This document shows positions 56,938 to 64,000 of a stretch of DNA of 64,000 bases, piece after piece. The stretch lies in NCBI RefSeq assembly GCF_009914755.1, contig NC_060942.1. One strand, 5' to 3'. The translations under genes and the position numbers were made by a program. The notes under the pieces are model-generated. The model saw only the letters and a program-made list of their open reading frames with translations, was not told the origin of the DNA and did not search any database. This DNA is from the human T2T-CHM13v2.0 reference genome, Homo sapiens. The stretch's first letter is position 1; each line of letters begins with the position of its first letter.

Positions 56938-59900
56938 TGCAGCCTGACAGTTCTTTTGCTCTTCATTCACCTCTCAGTTTCTTAAATTCAGGAGCTCTCT
57001 CTTTCTTGCTGTCTGCCCATGCACACGGCAAAGGCTCTTGCACCTGGGATATGGGACAGAGGACTGTGCTCAGCCTGTCAGCCCTGCCCCAGACTCTGGA
57101 GGTTGCACCCTTTGTTAACGCTCCATTGAAAAACCTGGCTGGTTGTGCAGACACACAGTCTTTGACTGTGACTCCTCAGGATTCTAATCTCTCACATCAG
57201 GCTATAACTGGCTATTACAAGTTCATTAAAAGTTAGGCTAGTTTACCCTTACCCCCATCTGTTGAAGTTATTATTTTTTTCCGATTCCCATCATTTCAAC
57301 AAAAAAATAAAGCAGTTGTGGAGCTCTTCTATCCTAGCAAAGCATTGACACTTTCTGAAATTCAGTTAAGATTCATTTTATCTTCAGCTGTATGATGAGG
57401 AGGAAAAATGTGATTTTTATGACTCATCCATCTTATTCTTGTTTTAGGGTGGGTATGATGACCTCTTGTGATTTTATATCTTCACTGAAAGCAATGGACT
57501 GTTTTTGTTTTCCTGTTAAATTCAAAATCTGAAAGTTGCAGAATTATTAGCATCTAGCAATTTTATTATATTCCATAATTTTAAACAGATACACACTGTA
57601 GAGTTGTCTTCCAATTTATAACTCTATTGCCATTCTCAAATATCTCTGCATTGAACAAATAATACGTGTAGTCACTCTTATTTCACATACAACTCAATTA
57701 CTTGTGGTTGAGAGGCTGGTTATTACTGCATCTATTTTATACTATGGTTCATCACCTATGCCTGCCAGCATGTTTCTGAAATTGTGAAATAATGAGCTAT
57801 GCAATGTGAAAACTTTAAGATAGCTGCAGGTGTTTGCGATAGTTTCATGAGTCTTCATTTGAAACTAAAATAGTCAGCATTCTCTTTTTTAAATCCTTGT
57901 TTGTGTACCCATAAACTACTGAAATTAGAGTCAAAAAATAAAGTATGAGTATAGAAATAGTTCAACTCTAACTTGATCCCTAGATAAACAAACACTCATT
58001 TCCTTTCAGTGAACAGCCAGTGCACTGAAAATAATTAGAGTGGATGTATTCTGCTTCCTTAGAAGAAAAGCTTTTCTTTTTCTGTTTTGATTTTATGAGA
58101 ATCTTAAATGGAACTTCGTTGACAGCTTATCCACTGATATGCTTCTACATGATTGTTTAAAGAGTGGCTACGGCAATTAGTGTCTTTTTTGTACACTTTG
58201 CAATTTGTGGGTAAATCTGTTTGCCTCACAGAATCTGGTATTTTGAATTTTTAGCCAAACAAATGTCAACACATTTATATTTTAAGCTTTTTATTTTGCC
58301 TTTGGAAAAGCCAACATTTTCAAATAATACCTTCATTAAAAGTATACTTTTCGCAGTTACCCTTTCATTATTTTGTCTTGGTTGCCTTACAGTTATAAGT
58401 TTTCTTTCCCCATCCTTATAACTGTAGCAATTAATTGTGGAGTTTCACAATTTTCAGCATATAGGAATGTAACTATAGGGTATTTTCCAAAGAAGACTCT
58501 CAGTTATGGACAACAAAATGGAATGAGTTATTTTTGCCTGTGCAAAATCTATCTTGTGTTAGGTTTGCATAATAAACTGCTTAAATGCTATATTAGCCAA
58601 GGTACTTAATGCTCATTTCTGTAACAGTAAAAATTTCAGTAACAAGGCAAAACAAAAGCTTGTTTATTCCTTACATGGCAGTCAATGTAAGGACACCAGT
58701 CTCTGCCCAAAATAGTATCTCAAGGAAAGAAATTACTTCTGTTTTCTGGATTCTTTAGATAGTAGCACTAGAGTTATCCTGGGATGAACGCAATGGCCTT
58801 GGGAACTGTTGACTGCTTCCTCATAGAAGAATCAAAGCTTTTTCTTTCACATTCATTTGAAGACATCTAGTTATATAATGATCCTACTTCCAAAGAAGCT
58901 TGGGAATTGAAGAGGACACTGATATTCATGAGTTTTTATAATTCCTCACACAAATAGGTAGCCAAGTCAGAAGTGAAGGCTGAGAAGTCCCAGGGTATGG
59001 GGATGATTCTGTGACTTCCCTGAACACTGTTCTCAGAATCCATGTGGGCATAGCTAACATTTGTTAAACAGCTGCTATTTGTGAAAGCCTCATTTCGTTT
59101 TCTGATTTGATCATTATAAGAAATCTCAATTTGGCATTGTGTTTTTCTTTTAAATTTGATACATTAGAAAATTGGATGTCAGATATAAAAAGTGGCTTCC
59201 AAGCTATGTAACCAATGAATCCTAGACTGTGTAGAACACACGTTTGTATGTGTGTGTGTGTGTGTTTCAATTTGTGTGCTTTTGTGAAGATTTCATGTTG
59301 CCTCTAAATATTGATCATGGAGGATTCTTTTCAGATAATTCCATAAAAATGTTTTCATTATGATTGTTAATTTTAGCAAGAGGTCTACACAAGAAACCTA
59401 GTACCCAAATTTAAAATAAAACATACAACTTGACTTTTATCGTACTCATATGTGACAGAGATCTACTGCCATGATTCATTTTGTTTTAATATTATCTATG
59501 GCTGAGAAAAAGTTGTACAATGCTAGAAATACTCTAAAAATTTACATAAATTTTCATTCAAATTAGATATTTTCCTGTGTTTTCTGGAATACTAGACAGG
59601 GCACAACAGCTATCAATTAACATATTAACAATATAAGTTTGCTGCTAATATAAGATAAGGATAAAAAATGATTTTTCTTTTTTGACATGATATAAGTGTG
59701 CATAAATTTATTAGCAATACGATGTTTTTGCTAATTTTTGTTTTAAAATTATATTGATAGTAACAATTCAGTTACTATAAGTGAATGACTAAAAACTTTA
59801 TGTATAATCATTGTATTTAAATAATAATATCGATGAAGTAACATAAAAGAGAAAATGTACCACCTTCTCCTTTGTGCCACAAAATAAAGGAAATTATTTC

Positions 59901-60089
59901 TTTGCATGTCAGTTTGCATCAATAAACATGTCATTGAGAGAGTTATAGGGTATTTGTGTTTTCTACATTAGGCATTCATTAGTGCCTGATATAGATTATT
60001 TTCTAACTTATTGAAGTGTTTGAATATAACTGGGCATTCTCCCTCTTTTCAATCACCACAGGAAGCTCAGAACTGCCAGTCATTTCTTA

Positions 60090-62120
60090 AGCTCCAGCAA
60101 TTGAGGTCACTGGTGACCTGAAGGAGACTAATTTCAGTGGAATCATGAGGAAGAAACGTACTCAAACAGAGCTCAAGAGAGAATAGGAGGAAAGGAAATG
60201 TAGGCAGTGAGCCCAGATAACCTTTGAGCAGTAATTCTGTATTTAAAACTGCAGCAGAAAAATGTAGCTTAAAAGAAAGATGGATTCCAAAAAGGGCTTT
60301 TTTTTTTTTTTTTTTAAAGATAAGTAGAGAGTATATCATTATTGCTGGTGGGGACAGTGGATCAATTCATCGAGCAACACCCTTGCTAAGGTAAGACTAG
60401 ATGGAATGGAGCATACAGTATGAGGGTCCTCATTCTGTAGAAGCTGGGACCATGTTTCCAAATTACAAGAAGAGAAGGCAGAGGTGAAGTTGGATGAGAA
60501 GGAGTCGTGGAAGTGTGGTTTATTCTCATTGTTCCTATTTTCTGTATGAAATAGAAAGCTGAGAATGTCAAGAGCGTAGAGATTTTGAAGTCTTGAGTAG
60601 AGAGAAAATATGAAATGCACTTGTATGAAAGGAGATTGAATGGGATAGAGAAATTGAGTAGAATTAATGTATAACACCAAGAGTCTAATGCGATAGGTTA
60701 GAGGTCATGGATTTAAAGTAAATTTGTATCTTGCTGTGTATTTTTCTCTAGGCACTTTCAGCTGTGAGGGTTCAGCGACAGAGTTAGAGAAAAGTTGGTC
60801 TTAAAGGGAGTTACGGTTTTGCTAGGAAATAGGATGGCAAAACTGCCAAGGGAGTGAAAAATATGCAAGGCAGCGACCCAGCAGCTGGACCATGCACTCT
60901 TCACTGGATTAAAAGGGAAGTGGGGTCATAGGACTGGGGAAGAACAGTGAAAAGATGGCAGGATGAATGGATTACAGGTCTTGCTCAGATTAAGAAATTG
61001 TTGAAGTGAAGGTAGAAAGTGTTCACCTGAAAAAACTGCAAGTCAGAGTAGAATGCATTAAATTGTGATTATGAAGGTGACGTGGCTTTTAGAAATGACT
61101 AAGGCCTAGTGGGGGTCATGGTGGCGTGGAATGGGTGACAAATCAACCCCATCTAAGAGACTGTGGGATGGGAGGATTGCCTGTCCTGTGTTGAAATTTT
61201 AAAAGCTAAAAAGCAGTAGGAATAGAGGGAAAGAAACAGAACCAGAACATGGAATCTTCAAGGAAAGTGATGAAGCATTGGACTGACCTATTCAACAAGG
61301 AATAGTAGGTGATACAATCTTACAGCTAAAATAAAAGCTAAAAGGTTTGAAGGTAGAGGGAAGGAACATGGTCTGGAAGGAGGAATATGGAGTGAACATA
61401 CGTGGGAGCTAAATAAGTGGATCTCAGAAAAATAGACAGTAGATTGGTGATTGCCAGAGGCTCGGAAGGGTAAGGCGGGGAGGGTGATGAAAAGAAGTTG
61501 ATTAATAGTGGGTTGTAAAAATTAGGTTTGACAAAGGAGATAAGACATGGTGTTCAATAGATCAGTAGGGTGACTATAGTTAACACAAATCTATTGTACA
61601 TTTCAAAATAGTTAGAAGAGAATAATTTGAATGTTCCTAGCATAAAGAAAGGATAAAGAATGAAGGGGATGTATATCCTAATTACCTTGATTTAATGGGA
61701 TGAATGTATCAAAATATCACATGTACATCCCTTATGTATAAATAATAAACAACAAAAAAAAGTAGAATGAGGACTGCACATATCATATCTCCAAAACAAT
61801 GACTCCTGGGTCAGAGAAAATTCTGAAGAGAAGTTCAAGGGGGTACAGAGTCCTTATAAGAGAGCCCAAGGGTCAGGGCAAGAAGAAAACTGAATGGAGG
61901 CTTGCAGGCATGGGGTATTTTTCTGATGAGGAATTGTGAGCTCCAGAGGGCACTCTGTGGGAAGGCTTCAGAAAGTGGTGTAGATGGAAAAAGATCATAT
62001 ACAATGAAACACTGGAGCTTGAGAAAAGACTGGTGGCCCTGGGCTGCTTGTGGTGAAGGAAAAGAGAGAAATCCCCAATTCCAGTGGTCTAAATGCCTAT
62101 GATGGTGAGTCTGGAGTGCA
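60090..62120 (-). mobile_element. Decayed L2 tract interrupted by an L1MA 3' end
   Basis: Purine-rich + strand with the L2 hallmark GAGGTCACTGGTGACCT...TTTCAGTGGA. Boundaries are approximate. Confidence 0.55.
61400..61762 (+). mobile_element. L1MA 3'-end fragment (L1MA4-5-like)
   Basis: GTGGGAGCTAAA...TAGGGTGACTATAGTTAAC...CATTTCAAAATAG...ATCAAAATATCACATGTAC plus an A-rich tail. Confidence 0.85.
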
Positions 62121-62299
62121 TTTTGTGGCTGGGGTTTCAGTAAAGACAGACGTGGCTCTAGAATTCTTAAAAAGCGAAATGATCATCTTCCTGTCTTTCA
62201 TACCCAGTAGACTCTGACTACAAGAGAGGAAAATACAGCATCATTGGTAATCAACCTTATTCCCCATCTACCTTTCTTCTTCACGTAGGAATTTGCAAG

Positions 62300-62790
62300 T
62301 TGTCAGTCACAGAACTTTAGGGTTCATTAGGGTTAAATAAATAACAGTTTAAATTGCTTGGTGTTTTTATAACATTTAAAGATTATTTTGATGGCAGGAC
62401 ACAACACCCTGACAGATAAAAGATGGAACTCTTCTTCATTACATTCAGCTCCAAAGGACAGAAGGCTGCAGTGGCATCACACAGAGGTTGCCCCAGGAGC
62501 AGTTGACAGCAGGCTGGCGCTGTGGGGGCAGCTTATGCGTAGCAAGCCTGTGGGGTGAGCTAGGTTTCCCAGCCTTCCTGTGGATTGGCTAATTTAAATC
62601 ATTTTGCTGTCTTCAGTTGTCTGTTTCCTGGCCCTGGGGTGATTAGGGCTGATGCATAGTGGACCTGGAGGGCTAGAGCCCAATAAAGAATGTGGTTGGG
62701 GGTGTGAACTTTGCCGCTGAAGAAGGGAATGGAGCCTTTAGCCAGGACCTCAAAACTGGGTCAAGACAGCATTTAAGAAAATGTATTATG
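62300..62790 (-). mobile_element. Old ERVL-type LTR remnant (MER76/MER77-like)
   Basis: GC-richer island with GGATTGGCTAATTT...AGTTGTCTG...CCTGGCCCTGGGGTGATTAGGGC. Family and strand from recall. Confidence 0.5.
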
Positions 62791-64000
62791 CCCAGCTAAA
62801 GCAATTGCCAATCAAGGAATTTAAGATACTTTCATCTTTAACTTGAATAACATACATAGCTAAAACTGAGTTTTGATACGAATTAGACAGCATTATATAT
62901 CTATTTGTACTATACAATCACATAGTTCCATTTAGGTTAGAAATTGTGGAGCGACTATGCTTTTGCTAGTTTTTCTCAAGCTACATTGGCCCCTTTATAA
63001 GTGACATGGCATGCTATTGGTCATGGATCAATATGCCCTGCTCTCTCCACAGGTTTCAGGTTAAGCACTAATGCATTCTAATAGTCAATTATTATTTTTT
63101 TAAGATGACTTCTCACCAAATTCTCACACATGAAATTTCTGAAGCAGAAATCCAACATGAGGAATTCCTTAGGGCAGATTTCAGCGCCAATCAAATGTTA
63201 TCGGGAACCATCATGAGTCACTCTTTCTGCTAAGTGAGTGTCAAAAACTGACGTCTTTGGCTTACTGTGAAAAGTTTCTGTCTGTAATAGTTGTGAATTA
63301 TAATTCATCAAAACTCATGCTTACAAGTTAAAATGTTCAAATAATATTTCATTTCAAATACAGTGTCTAACAGGTGTTCAAAGTGACACTTGAGTACCGC
63401 TTTTTACGAGGCTCTGTAGATTGTGGCATCTGGTAATATATTATTTGTAATTTCAATTTCTCAGTGGCATACTTGGAAAGTATCTGAGTGACTGTCTTCA
63501 GATGAACACGGCCCTTGTGTCAAAATAAAAGTCCAGGCTCTAGAAAATTACAAGATTATGAAGCTCTTTATACAAAACTAGGATCTGCCTGATTTTTTGC
63601 AATGCAAATAAAGGAAGCAATCTTAGTGTAATTCATCTGTGTTTGAAATCCCCTTGCACTGCAGTAAAGTGTTCTTTAATTGGCTGGTAAATCATTCTAT
63701 GATCAGTCTAGCAAATTGTTTTTCTCCTTTTTTCTGTGCTGACTCTGGGGAGCACTGGGCTGTTTTATGGTGACTATTGTTTTAGTCTTCTTTTCAAATG
63801 AACTGCTGTAACCCCTGTATCAGATAAACAGGTCCAAAAGGAGAAGCATTAAGTCCAGGTGTAATAATTCAAATACTCCTAGAATTAAGTAAATATAACA
63901 CTCCTACCCCAGTATTATTGAATTTGAGACTTCTTATTAGCAACTGAAAGAGTCAAGCTTTGTGAAAGTCTGCTTCCCCCAAGATAAATTTGAACATAGC

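Noticed and set aside
63200-63260. AP-1 (TGAGTCA) and CRE-like motifs
   Set aside because: One or two short motifs are expected by chance in 64 kb and are insufficient to call an enhancer.

Overview
This is AT-rich primate (most likely human or great-ape) intergenic or deep-intronic DNA. I can support no host protein-coding exon, RNA gene or CRISPR array. The ORF track is explained by Alu, L1 ORF2 remnants, LTRs, simple repeats and one tandem repeat. Much of the window is transposon-derived: 13 Alu copies or fragments, two 5'-inverted L1PA insertions, long decayed L1M tracts, L2/MIR relics, a MADE1 fragment and about 18 solo LTRs. Nine of the LTRs are packed into 16.9-24.6 kb (MER4-group, three LTR9-like copies, LTR7, an inverted MER41A pair, MER34/39-like, MLT1A, MLT1E/F), with up to three-tier nesting. 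The most notable structures beyond the repeat catalogue are: a 10 x 39-bp minisatellite inside an MSTA LTR that is stop-free in one frame on each strand; a perfect 47-bp foldback duplication inside an old L1; a ~190-bp local duplication dated by a MER41A insertion; and a SOX/POU/homeodomain motif cluster in unique sequence (~37.3-37.5 kb) that looks like a developmental enhancer. I did not find evidence for a new multi-gene biological system. Repeat subfamily names come from recalled consensus features, not a database search, and should be confirmed with RepeatMasker/Dfam.
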